Origin: Octopus bimaculoides
Taxonomy: Eukaryota
DNA length: 63,981 nucleotides
Direction: 5' to 3'
NCBI RefSeq assembly: GCF_001194135.2
Contig: NC_068982.1
Location: 122,850,026-122,914,006 of the forward strand
Part shown: positions 51,780 to 63,981 of the stretch, piece by piece
Layout: each line of letters opens with the position of its first letter
Position numbering within the stretch: position 1 is the first letter of the stretch
Position numbers and translations under genes: made by a program
Notes under the pieces: generated by a model
The model's input: the letters and a program-made list of their open reading frames with translations, nothing else
The model's database searches: none
What the model was told of the DNA's origin: nothing

Positions 51780-52135
51780 GTGTATACATATACATGGACA
51801 CATACACATGGACACACACACACAGATACATACAGGTACACACACACACGGGCATACACACATATTGGCACACACACACATATGGGCACACACACACATA
51901 TGGGCACACACACACATATACGGGCACACACACACACATACAGGCACACAAGCACGCACATACGGGCACGCACACACATATGGATACGCACACACATAAG
52001 GGGACACATACATACAGGCACGCATGCACACACACACATACTGGCATGCACGCCCACATGCATACGGGCATGCACACACACACACATGCATATGGGCACG
52101 CACGCACACATGCATACATACACACATACATACCC
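51780..52135. repeat. Complex (CA)n-derived satellite with recurring 18-bp gggcacacacacacatat-like units
   Basis: Direct reading; it generates spurious His/Thr or Cys/Val ORFs in all frames. Confidence 0.9.
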
Positions 52136-53605
52136 ACGTCAGATTCATGCTATTTGTTATTAAAAGTATGTAGGATATATTTTCTCAACAGCAAAAAATG
52201 AGGTTGCTATAAGAAGAGAAAATATCTCATTTTGAGTTAACATTTGCATTCTCATTTTTTGAATATGCTAATAATCAGAGGAGATGGATGGAAGAGTTAT
52301 ATAAATATTTATTATGACAACTAAGGGTGAGGTTTTGGTGAGAACCTAACATACCACAGTTCTGTTTTTACTGTGTTAATTCTTGCTGACACAGATCACC
52401 TAGTTTCCTTGAATTTGTATGAGCCAGTAGTCTTGAACTCTAACCACTTAAGTTTCAACTTGAATATTACTTGTAATTATGTAAAAATGAACCTGTAGTG
52501 ACATGTTTCCACCAGGTTGTAAAAATCTTGTATATACATGAACAAACAAAAGGAATTAAAAAGAAAACAAGACTTGTTAAATTTATTACTCGTCTGTCAG
52601 ATTTTCAATACTATTTTACCATACTTGGCATTCTACCAATCAGATATAATATGGGAATGAAAGAGCTGATAGTTGTCCGAGTTTTATTTTAATATTTCTT
52701 GCTTTTCCTAATGACATTTCTCTAGCAAGTTAAAAAAGTTCACTTTCCAACCACATGGTTCTGGGTTCAATCCCACTGAGCAGCACCTTCAGTAGTGTGT
52801 TCTACTATAGCCCCAGGTTGTCCAAAATTTTGTGAGTGGATTTGGTAGACAGAAACTAAAAGAAGGCTGTTGCACATATGTATTTGTTTACATTTGGAAG
52901 TTGACAAAATTTTCTCACAACAAGTGATGTTGTCACTTCTCCCAGCAAATCATCCACTGGACTTGCACATTTGAAGTTGCATAGGAAAAAAGATCCATTA
53001 CTTGAAAAACAGATAAGTCTTAGCAACCGGAATGGCATCAGACTGTAAAACATTGCTTCAATAATACATTTGTCTAACCCTTATTAGCATGGAAAAATGG
53101 ATGTATAATTTTAATTTTTATATAGATATACCTGCAAGCCATATTGTTTTTAAAGAGTATGAAACTTGTTTAGTATGACATTTTAGATTCTCAACTTCTA
53201 TCTTCTAATAATAGATAATTTCACTAAATAGAGCACTCAGTTGTAAATAAAATGGCTGAATTGGTCACTCATACCTGACCTTTGACATTACAGTATATAA
53301 TTTATTTACTGACCTTTTTCAACCTAACAGAAAATAAGAATTCTTTCTGTATCACTCATGGTTAAGCGGCTCACCTTATAAATAGGATTCACCGTAATAA
53401 GAAATCTTACTTCATAGATGTAAAAGTTTGTAAAACTGCTCATCTCCTGCAAAATGTAGAAAATGGTTTTAAACAGATTTTCAAAAAGATTATTCATCTA
53501 ATGCCTTGTATATTTTCAAAGCTATTGTTATTATACTGAATTAATTTGTAGTTATTTTCTATATATTGCTTCCACTATTTTTTTCTTTTGTTTTTTAAAT
53601 TTCAG

Positions 53606-53805
53606 CTCCATTCAGAGCCACTCAAATATGGAATTCTATTGTGGCATATTTAAAAGAAAACGTTGAAGTGAAACGGCGACGCCATATCATGAAGTACTAC
53701 AACAGCTGTTTCACAGGCTGCTCTGCTGTGGATACAGTGTATGCTTACCTGACAACTGATAAGGAGGTATTTAGTGGTAACATATCACGAGACAAGGCTG
53801 TCAAA
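53606..53805 (+). CDS. DEPDC7: DEPDC7/4-like exon 2, first part of the DEP domain
   Basis: Acceptor tttcag|, donor AAA|GTAAGT. PFRATQIWNSIVAYLKENVEVKRRRHIMKYYNSCFTGCSAVDTV...SRDKAVK matches the DEPDC7/DEPDC1 N-terminal pattern PFxATxxWxxI...VEVKKRRH...CFxGxxAVD as recalled. Confidence 0.93.
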
Positions 53806-54342
53806 GTAAGTTCATCACTAATTAATATCATCCATTTTTTTTGCAACATCTATTCTGCCACTTTTCTATATATTTTATATTGACCTTTGTAACTATGTGG
53901 TTTTGTGTTCAGCTCTGCATTGCACCTTGAGCCCTTGAGCAAGTGTCTTCTATTACATCCCCAGGTTGATCAAAGCATTGTAAATGGATTTAAGAAGTGG
54001 AAACTAAAAAAAAACTTTGTCATATGCAGTGTGTGTGTGTCTGTGTGTGTTTGTTGTATGATGTCAAGACTCACACAATAGTTGTAAATGAGTGTCACCA
54101 TCATACAAGTGGGCTTTTTTTGTATCCAATGTTCCATGAAAGCCTATCTGGTCACAGGGAAATATTACCAGGCTCAGAAACAGGAAGGGCATCTAGCTTT
54201 AGAAAATCTGCCTCAACAAATTATCTGAGACTCATGCTTATGGATATCAAAACAGGGACAATAGTCACAGTTTATAAACAAGTGTATTAATTTTGGAAAT
54301 AATACATTTCTAAATCTCTCAGAGATTTATGCAGTAGTGATA

Positions 54343-54514
54343 CGATGAAGTAGTTGTATGCTGTTAACTTAATGTGACAGTAAATATAAGGACACAGGAA
54401 ATGTGTGTCAAGGCCAACAGGAAGCGGTGCAGCTTCCTAGGTCTAACCAGCAGTAGTATTATTCCCTTCAGGGGACTGTCACATTAAGTTAACAGCATAC
54501 AACTACTTCAAGTG
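54343..54514. mobile_element. Small TA-flanked inverted-repeat element (putative mariner-type MITE)
   Basis: Perfect 36-bp inverted repeats at 54346-54381 and 54475-54510 around a 93-nt GC-richer core; TA just outside both ends. Confidence 0.65.
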
Positions 54515-55384
54515 TATTAACGTTTAAAAGTTTCCAGAGGGCATCATTGGTTCACTGCATTTATGACAGTGTGAGTAATAAGGGAGTCACTGGTTTCTCA
54601 TTGATGTTTATATTCATCAATATACATCAGTGATGCAATAGGCTTTTGCATATTTTCAGTCTCCTAAATTTCGCTCTCAAGATATTGCACAGTGAGATCA
54701 GCCTCGTGTGGGAGAGAAGCAAACTTAATCACAGCCATGTCTGCACTTTTCCACTTGTTTTTTCTCCATGCTTGCACAAGTGATCAGATCTCCGGCATTG
54801 TATATCACCAAACAGCACAGTCCTATGTCATCCTCTTGTAAGATGCAACATCTTGAGACCAGTCTTCATCACCTTCATTCCAAGTCATCCTTTGTTTCCC
54901 TCTTCCAAAAGTTACATTCAGTTTCAGTGCTCACAGTTTCATCACCCATATGCATCACATGTCAGGTGCAGTCCCAGGAATTTTTCAAAGGAGAGCACAA
55001 GGTCAAAAGGGACATAACATTATTTAGAAGGGTGCACTTCTTTTCTTGAGGGAGTACATACCCCTCAGGCCCCTGCATGCCTGTACAAGTGAAGTTTTCT
55101 CTCAAGTCATCTGCATTTAAAGTTTGTCTCACTACTATGCATATTGCACATCATATGCAATCACCATACAATCTACCTTTAAACCTTTAGCATACATATT
55201 ACTCTGTCAAATATAATACTTATTCACATTTTAAAAAGCTAATCACGTACCATCTCATAACTTTGTGATTTCGAAGATGTGATTGTTTACTTTTAGAATG
55301 ACATTGCAGGGTAGGTGTATGGGATTGGATCTAGTCATTTTGAACATAAAACAGATGGAATATTTGCTGGATATGGCCAGCTTA

Positions 55385-55560
55385 AATGCTAAAGGGTTAA
55401 TTCTGAGGGGGAAGCCCTTTGTTGCCAGCTGAGGCACTAGCTCTGTTCTTACTCTGGCTGCTATATTTTGAGAGTACTGACCCCTTCTAATTTGGTAACC
55501 TAGGTAGCAAAAACTATCAACTACTCCTAGAGAGCCTCCTGTGTTTTTGAGAGCTTGTTT
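55385..55560 (-). mobile_element. Short decayed RTE-clade LINE fragment
   Basis: GGSLGVVDSFCYLGYQI...AARVRTELVPQLATKGFPLR is similar to the 48.3-48.7 kb fragment. Confidence 0.75.
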
Positions 55561-55833
55561 TGTGGCTATTTGACAAAGTCTGTGTGTTGTTTTTGTGCTT
55601 ATTGTTCCAGCTACATATGATGTCTCTTCTCTGTTAGCCTGCTTGTAATCCCACAATATTGCCAGTGTATCCATAGTTTACACTGGAAACACCACATGGA
55701 GTTTCTACCTCTATTTTTTCGATTTGATTTATCACTCTGCCAGAATGATAAATATTTAAATAATCATGAAAGAACATTTTTGTTATGGATAAAATAAATA
55801 TCAAATGTATAACTGCTAATGTTAACATTTCAG

Positions 55834-56060
55834 GTTTGTCAGACAATATTGGACAAAAAGATCTTTGAAGCTGTCTCTGTATTTGTACGAAACAGCTACA
55901 CTAACTCTTCAAAAAAGCCAATATTTGAGGATAGCAACAGCAAGTTATATCGTTTTGTCCAGAACACCAGTTCACCTACAACCACTTCACAACAAAATGA
56001 CTCTATTTCTTCAATAGAAGGCATTGAGCTTGAGGAAAATAACAAAAGTATGGAAACAGA
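55834..56060 (+). CDS. DEPDC7: DEPDC7/4-like exon 3, end of the DEP domain
   Basis: Acceptor tttcag| phase 0, donor GA|GTAAGT phase 2. VCQTILDKKIFEAV...KKPIFEDSNSKLYRF matches DEPDC7 VCQALMDYKVFEAV...KKPTFEDSSCSLYRF as recalled. Confidence 0.93.
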
Positions 56061-56973
56061 GTAAGTAATCAATATTTTTTACTAAATAGTGTTTCATCTT
56101 GTTAATTGCTAGAGCCTTGAATACTAACACTTAAATTGTAATTTCAATTATATCTACCTACTCTCGCTTTTACTATTCTAGAAAATGTCTTGTTCTCTAA
56201 TAATTAATACATCTGCAAGAAGAACTCAAAGAAATACATTACCAATCATATTGTAAAGTTCAATCAAACGGACTTTAAGGCTCTTTATTAGTCAATATAT
56301 CCCAACAGTATATTAGCAAAATGCTTTTGCCAACAAAATCTGATTGGTACATTTTGATTCCTTGAATTTACTATGTAAAAACACTGCTTGTATCTATACA
56401 GTTTATTTTATATTGATTTATTAAATTCTTCTGCATTTGAATTTGTTTTTCAAATAGTTTGACCTGTGTTCATTATTTCTATGTATGAAAATATACATAA
56501 ATGTGCAATTCCATTGTAAATATACATATAAGTGAAAGTATGGCTGTGTAATTCAGAAGTTCTCTTTGAAACCATATTTGATACCACTGCACATAACCAT
56601 AAACAAATAGCTTTTCTCCTATATTCAGGTTGCCCAAAGCCTTGCTAATGAAATTAGGTAGATGGAAAATTCACAGAAACTCTTTGGATGTGTGTGCACA
56701 CATACACACACATAAATTCAAATTAATATTTCAAGTGCTTAAGGCATAATGGCTTCTGTTTCAATAAACATAGGCTATTAGAGTATAGATTTTCATAAAG
56801 CTACTTTGCCCATGTGGAATTTAAACTGATGATAAATCTGAATTCCAATAGATAAATATCCTTTAAACTTGCTTTTTTGTCAAATATGTTTTTCAACAAT
56901 AATACATAGAACCAATCCAAAACTGTTTCTAAATTGGAAATAAAATTAATTCTTTGTTTTTTTTGTCTTTTAG

Positions 56974-57143
56974 TCCTATATCTCGCAGGATCTCATTGGA
57001 CCCAAGCCTTATCTTCCATTCTAGAAATACAGATGAACCAACAACTCCACAGCCACTTATGCGTGTGCGAAGTACAGGGTCAATACAACTTTTCCAAAGT
57101 ACTCCAATTACAAAGAAACAAGAAAGTACTTTATCAGTTGGAT
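56974..57143 (+). CDS. DEPDC7: DEPDC7/4-like exon 4, Ser/Thr-rich linker
   Basis: Acceptor cttttag| phase 2 (GA+T = Asp), donor T|GTAAGT phase 1. Open frame PISRRISLDPSLIFHSRN...STLSVG is the only candidate I found that reconciles the phases of exons 3 and 5. Confidence 0.8.
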
Positions 57144-57529
57144 GTAAGTTACTTGGATATTATGTTTTGATATTGTATTGTTTTATACAAGCTGCTCTGT
57201 CTTATCCTAAGATCTCAAGACAGCAAGTTAGATGTTCACACTGTAGGTATTGTATATAGGTAACAATGGCATAATTCAAGCAAAGGAGACAAAATTCTAA
57301 GAATCAAGACTTCATTAAAAAAAATGATATTTTAAAGGTTCTCATATTTTCAGATTGACAGTGTTTTCTTAGGATATGGAATGACAGCTATAGTGCCAAA
57401 CTAAATATTTTGTTGTATTTATATTCTAAGATTAAATCCCATCAAGATCAACATTCTTCTGCCTCTAATAATACTGTTTACAGACCCAGGTACAAGGTCA
57501 TAGATTTAAAAGAATGTATGTCAATTGAA

Positions 57530-57890
57530 ACCAACCCCAGTATTTGACTAGCACTTATTTTATCAATTCTTTGGAAGTCAGTTGATTTCAGTGAAATTTG
57601 CCTTAAAAATAATGATAATGTTTCTAACACAGAACAAGACCAGCAATTTTGGTAAGGATTTAACTGATTACATCACTAAATTAGCTCACTTAATAATGGT
57701 TTCAAATTTAGAGGTAGGGAGATCGTTGCTTACATTGACCTCTGTGCTCAACTGGTACTTATTTCATGGACCCTGAAAGGATGAAAGACATAGTTAACCT
57801 TGATGGTATTTGAACTCAGACTGTAAAGATCCATAAGAAATGTCACTCAGCATTTTGTCCAGCTTGCTAACTATTGTGCTGTATTACTGC
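57530..57890 (-). mobile_element. Family B SINE remnants in DEPDC7 intron 4
   Basis: ccccagtatttgactagcacttattttatc and aaggatgaaagacatagttaacc...atttgaactcaga are reverse complements of family B segments. Confidence 0.7.
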
Positions 57891-58522
57891 TTTAACAATA
57901 ATTATTAATAGTTATGTTCTGAGATCAAATCTTGTCAAGATCAACTTTGCCCCTTTTCTGGTGTTGATCACAAACACAAAGCATGTGCTGTAGTTAATTC
58001 AATCAAATAGATCTTCCTGCCACCATAAGAACTCATTATGTCTTCTCTCTGGTTTCATGAGAGCATTTCGCTCTAACATCAGCTACATTTCTGTACTTCT
58101 CAGGTGTAAAGCATTGCTTCACAGCATAAAAAGTGTAAAATTATCTTTTTCTTAAATTCTATGTTATTTCCAGTACAAAAATAGATTGTTAAAAACATTT
58201 TTGGGGGAATTGTGGCAGCTGAGGATTAAACATATTAAATTATTAATTTAAATGTCATTTGTTCAAAATAATACAAGTATTGTGTGGTGTTCTTTAACCA
58301 GGTATATTTAGCTTGAGTGCACCATTGAAAATCATGTACCCCTTTTACTGTATGGCTGTTTATTTGGTAATAGAAAATCATAATCACATATTTTGCAAAT
58401 TCTCTTCTTCTAACTTAATAAAGGAAACAAATATAGATGAGTTTTGTGCTAATTGAACAAAAGGTTATTTAACATTTTCTGTCTCACAAAGATTTAACTT
58501 AAAAATTTTTTTTATCTTTCAG

Positions 58523-59055
58523 TGAAAGACGATGTTCTTCGCCAGGTATCACTGTGTGAACTGTTGCGTTTACTTGATATCCACATTTTAGATGGATTTC
58601 TTGCACATTTACACATGGAAGATGGTTCTAGGCAGAATGGTTGGACAAACTATGGACTTTCATATGCAACTTGTGCCTCACCAATGTTTGGCAAAAGATC
58701 ACATGACCCTTTTTTAACAGCTGCTATGGACTGTCTAGCAACTTCCACACAAGACTTACCTGGATTGAGAAAAGAAGGTTTCTGTGTACCACTCTCTTTA
58801 GAGGAGAAACAGCATCTATTTGAGACAGTTGTTAACCATTACAAAAATTTAGATGAACCTCTTCTATCATCATGGGACTTAGACTTTCATTTATCTATTC
58901 GGAACATGATTCTTAATGGATTTGAAGAAAAGGCTAAACATGCTTTTCATCTGTATTCTCTCATACTTCCAAGATTCCAGAAAGAAAAACTTATTCGAAT
59001 TCTGAATTTTATTCAAATAGTAACACACGATGAAGAACTACAACAGTGTAGTCAG
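58523..59055 (+). CDS. DEPDC7: DEPDC7/4-like exon 5, RhoGAP-like region
   Basis: Acceptor ctttcag| phase 1 (T+TG = Leu), donor CAG|GTAAGA phase 0. LLRLLDIHILDGFL, DPFLTAAMDCL, KQHLFETVVNHY...EPLL and KEKLIRILNFI align by eye to DEPDC7 LLQLVDLPLLDSLL, DEWLSAAIDCL, KELLFDAIGRYY...EPLL and REEFRRLLYFM. Confidence 0.92.
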
Positions 59056-60029
59056 GTAAGAAAGAAAGCATCCATTTCCATTACTTTATAACTAAATAAA
59101 GTCAAAAACCAATCATAATTTTTTAGGTTAACTCTTGTTACAAACATCAGATCAATGTATAACACCTTACTGTGTTAAAAATCAGTATTGGCCTATTCTG
59201 CTCAGGCTAAGTGGCTGCTTAAATATCCTGAGAAACAACCAAGATAAATATAGGGATTAAATGTTATGGTTAACTACAGGTGTTCTGTAGAGTAATTGGT
59301 AATGATATTGTCCCACAAGTCAAGACACATGTCAAAGAACCCATTGCTCTTTTATCGTTACATATTACTATGTATGAGGTGTCATTTACATAAATTAAGA
59401 TTGCTACTTTTGGTACCTTGTTTCACTCATACATATTGGTTACTGTAAATGTTCAATTCATACTACTAAAGTGAATTGATGGCAGCTGTCACTCTATAAC
59501 ATTTATAACAGAGAAATTACTGTAAAGCTCTGTGTTCACAAAGCAACTTTTTTCCCAAAACTTTTGAATTTTTTAAATTAAAATTCTTACTTTCTAGATG
59601 AGAAAAATTTACTATATTATGGATTCATTATCCTTAAAGTGTCTACATGGTTTGCTCCACCTGCAAGAAATAGCAGCTAAACCTCAAATAAAACACAACC
59701 TCCTGTCAATAAAAAAATAGAATGATGCATTGTATGATGTAGTCCTAGATAGACTGTGGTCTGGATCCACAAAAGATGGGCTGGTCACAACTGGATTTCA
59801 TCTGATCATAAGGGCTGACCTGATACAAAATAATGAAAACAACCATCATCATTTCTTTATGTTGGGGTTTCCTACTGGATACTTTTTTCTACTACCAACC
59901 ATTTTTATTTTGAAACATGTGAAAACTCTTTTACATGTTCTCCCAGAACTCTAACTGCAATTTATTCTTTTACAGTCAGGATACTTACTATTGTATTACT
60001 GAGTATACATGCATATGATGCATTTTATT

Positions 60030-60480
60030 GTTGAATAAGCTCACTTGGCAGTTAATCTATGCAGTTATACCATGGTATCATTATCATTCCAATTCTCAGA
60101 TGACATGCATATTTTATGTCCTTCTCTTCTCTCATATTCATGCCTCCTTCTTCCTGACAAGTTTCCTCTTCTCTTCACATACCCTTGTCTTAACATCATT
60201 TCACACATCATATTGAACTATGCAGAGGTGCCAGAACAATGTTCTTATTCCCTGTTGTGTATTCTCCTCTCAAATTTCCTCCTGTCTCTCTCTCTCACTC
60301 TATTCCTCACGTTTCTTTTTCTCTCACTTCTCCACTACCATAACATCCCTCTATCATTTCCTACTTACACATCTCTCTTATATGATTATCTCAATCATTC
60401 GATCACTTTTCTTGTACACCCCCTCTTCTTCCCTTCTTCATTCCCTTCTCATCCTTCATCCAGCTTCTACATACAGTGAC
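60030..60480 (+). mobile_element. Pyrimidine-skewed block, possibly a decayed L2 RT remnant
   Basis: FQFSDDMHIL resembles the L2 (Y/F)ADDTQLY motif; C/T-rich sense strand. Confidence 0.35.
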
Positions 60481-60960
60481 CTAAAACTTTAATTTTGGGG
60501 TATTATAGACCATGAGTGAAAGTCTGCATGGGGGAGATGTGAACTTTACAAACTGCAATCAAGGCAATTTGCCTAGGAGAATAGAATTGAATGAATACTT
60601 GCATGAGGGACACATAGTGAAGGCAGCCAATTTAAGAAAGCAATAACTTTTTTTTTTAAATGGCAGTATACAGGAGATATTTTAGTCATAACAGGCATCT
60701 CTTCTTGATGGTGACACAAAATGTCCCCAGTCCATGCTATAAAGTGGTTGGTGATAGGAAGGGTATCTAACTTTTAAAAATAATGCCAAAATCATACCAA
60801 GTATTTTCCTGTCTCTACTTCGTCTCACTCTCACCTCCTCCTCTCTCTTTTTCCTCCTTCCTGTCTCAATAGTTTTATGAAACAGCTTTAAAATGATTGT
60901 TCATTTATCTTTGATTTGACATCATTTCTTTATAAAATTATGTTCTTGTTTCATCTTCAG

Positions 60961-61165
60961 ATGTACAGCACTCATCCAGTTATACGAGTATTCACTGATT
61001 CCATTTTAAGGCATCCCCTTATGGCTCATGAACTTGCTGTGATTGTTGTCAGTTTCTTCCTTGATAATTATGGACTGCTCTCAGACCCACCACCCAAATA
61101 TATTCAAGATAATGTGAATCACATTTTAAGTGAAATTGAAGCTGGAAAGCATGTTCCTTATCAGC
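60961..61165 (+). CDS. DEPDC7: DEPDC7/4-like exon 6 (gene probably continues beyond the window)
   Basis: Acceptor catcttcag| phase 0, donor C|GTAAGT phase 1. VIRVFTDSIL...IVVSFFLDNYGLLSDPP resembles DEPDC7 VVKRIFSKAI...LLVLFLMDHQKDVFKIP. The six exons total 1411 nt (470 codons + 1 nt) with no stop. Confidence 0.88.
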
Positions 61166-63193
61166 GTAAGTTACATTTTCACATTTTGAACATGAAGTTG
61201 TTAGTATTGGTTAAGAAAACAATTATCAGTAATGTTCTGCAATGGGTCATATTGGTTCCAGTTGACCGGCCAAAATCATTTGATCATATACCATTCACTA
61301 CCTATATGATATTCTTGACAAAGTCATTTAATCGAAATAGCCCAGTCAATCTGCTAGCATAACCTCAAATCAACTGAAGTTTTGAGTGAATTTGGTAGAC
61401 AGAGACTGTAGAAGCTTGCTGGAAGGACAATTCATATTCTTAATCCATCATCCTATTTAACACTATCCATTGGCACTTGGATGCCTTAGTGGAATACTCT
61501 GTTGCAAGCATTTGGGCCAGGGCTTCAGGTTAAAGGTGATTTCCTTTCTTCTCAAAAGTATTAGAGGCCCTATAAAGGATCATTGATGCAGCTCTTTCTC
61601 TCCTATCTCATCTAAAACTATATCTGTTAACCCTTTTCATATAAAAACACATGAAGTAACCTTTGATTGTAAAATTTATGTTCTTAGAACCAGCTTAATA
61701 ATTGCAAAGTTACTTTATAAAATTCTTCATTTTTAAAATTAACTGAAACAAAGGCAGTATTTTTAAAGAGAAATATGGTAACAAAAATGTTAACAGAGAC
61801 CAAGGAAAAGTGCATTTTACCATTGTAAATTAACTCGATTTAAGGCCTAACATTTGTAGGAAAGAATTAACTCTTGTATATTACTGGTACTTATTTTCTT
61901 CATTCTCTGACTGATGAAACATAAAAGATGATCACAACAGGATTTGAATTCAGGTCAAAAATAAATAGTTCTAAGTTTAGGACATTTCGCCTGGTGCTCT
62001 ACTTATTCTTCCAACTCAACATTATATAAAAACCAACATGAGAGTTTCTACATAGTAGCTTGACTTATGCAAACCACATCTTATCTTGAAAAGAGAAAGA
62101 ACACATTAGAGATTGTAGTCCTAGATATATTACGTTTGGAAAGTGGATGATTACAAATGAAGCACTTTTGAATATAGCTTTTCTTCAGATAGATTTGAAA
62201 TAGGAATTATAATGTTTTATTCAGGATAGTGTTCTCATCTTCATTGTTATAATTACAACAGCCAAATGTGACTGTTACAACCAATATGTGGACACTAGTT
62301 GAAAATAAGTGAGTGTGATTTAGTATGACTTAGCTGATGGTCAAGTTACTAAAAACCATCCATTCTTTCAGTAGGCTGCTGATAATGATTAGATTGACCT
62401 TATTACATCCTCTTACAACATTAATCTTGTACTGAAATGAAAATATGATTGTTGTTATTGCTATTATATCTTCACTATGAGACATAAATCTTCAATTACT
62501 GAGATCATTAAATGCCTTAAAAAAAAAAAAAAAAGGCTCATGGTTGAAACCCCTTTTTATCTGACTAATGGAAGAATTTTTCCTGGCCAATTTTAGAAAT
62601 CAACATTATTATTATTAAAAGGGAAATTGTCAATTTTGCCTTCCATCCTTTAGTAGGCTTTGTTGCTTGGATGGGTCACTCTAATTTGCAATAATTCAAC
62701 TGCACAGTTTCAGAATAAGCATATTACTGTAATTTGTTTTAGCAGTTCCTCTAAATTTATGATGATGATGATATTAATTAGGATTAGGCTCAGGATTTAT
62801 GATTAGGAGTTAGGGTTCAGGGTTAAACATAGAAGGGGGTGTACTTTTTTTTACAGAATCATGATTTTGTTTTAAAGTAAGATTATTTTAGAAAAAGCAA
62901 AGCTGAAGAAATTGTTGGAAAAAATGTTTTATTTACATTTATTATTTTATTACTTTTTAACATTTTTAATAGCATTGTTTTTCTAATCAATGCATGACCA
63001 AACCATTAGGCCTAGCTTATTCATATTTAAACCAAATGTACTAAGACAACATCTAAAGTTTGTGTAGATGGAAAAGTAAAATGCTTTCATCTTATGAACT
63101 TCAAACAGATAGGAAAACTACTTCCCACCAGGATCAGAAAATTTGTTGCATGCACCTGAATGCTTATGCTACCCAGCCTCTGGCCAGAATCTA

Positions 63194-63265
<72 letters not shown>

Positions 63266-63981
63266 GTTTTATGCTACCAATCACCCTTGATATCCAATGA
63301 AGAAAGACAGACCAAATTACCTGCTTTCTGATGTGACATCACTTCCTCTCCCACTTCCAGACCTCATGTCTCCCTTCACTCCTCCACAGTTTGTTCTGAT
63401 ATTAAAAATTTTTGAAATTTATAAAATAACTGTAAATTAATTTAATAAATAACAACTAACTCAAATATTACATGAATCAAAAGTGCATTAAAATAATTGT
63501 AATTTTCTTAACTTTGAACAGGTTCAAAAACCTTTTCTTGATTTTTTTTTTTAACTCTCCATGAATGCAAATATAAGATTACTTTTTTGTTGATGCATCA
63601 AAACATCAGTATGGTGAAAGTAGCTGAGTCAGAGTAGAGAAAGATAACTTGCAAGAAGCATCAGTTGCAGCAAACAAGAGGGATGCAGCATTTAATCCAG
63701 AAAAATAGCTTTAAAAAGATATAGTGAAGAAATGGTGATGCAAAAAGATATGGTGAAGCAAAGTTCATTGTAAAATGAGCTGTTGAAGTAGTTTATGTTC
63801 ACAATTTCACAAGCAGAAGTTAAACTTGCAACTTCTGAAAATGCTTCTGATTTTGGAAACAAAGACTCTATTGCTGTAAATATTCTCTGTTGTGTTTGTT
63901 AAAGTATCTTTGGAGTTTTCCAATGTAGTTGTCAAAAAACACTGTTGCAAACACAATTAAAAAGTGTGTATTATCAATAGT

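Noticed and set aside
51726-52201. His-rich (HTHTYG)n and Cys/Val-rich ORFs
   Set aside because: All frames are translations of a (CA)n-derived satellite; no splice or homology support.
61166-63981. Search for the final DEPDC7 exon, including ...SPLISNEERQTKLPAF* near 63280
   Set aside because: No phase-1 acceptor with similarity to the expected C-terminus; the exon is probably outside the window.

Overview
AT-rich, repeat-dense eukaryotic genomic DNA with ten short-read assembly gaps, most abutting (TA)n tracts. The SINE repertoire looks like an octopus (inference from recall, not a database search). Two protein-coding genes are supported, both on the + strand. (1) A probable terminal coding exon of an unidentified gene at 9353-9772. 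(2) A DEPDC7/DEPDC4-family gene (DEP domain plus degenerate RhoGAP-like domain) with six phase-consistent exons from a CpG-rich promoter region (ATG 34957) to 61165; its 3' end is probably beyond the window. The rest is intron or intergenic DNA holding SINEs, CR1/L2 and RTE LINE remnants, hAT and Tc1/mariner-type MITEs, Helitron fragments (STPR repeats, Rep HUH motif) and microsatellites. No rRNA, tRNA gene or CRISPR array is supported. I found no clearly new multi-gene system. The most unusual signals are a set of mutually dissimilar long foldback palindromes (arms of 53, about 209 and 66 bp), an AUG-stop element 1 nt before the DEPDC7 start codon, a hammerhead-core-like motif that resembles part of DEPDC7 exon 1, and a SINE head that recurs with two alternative tails.
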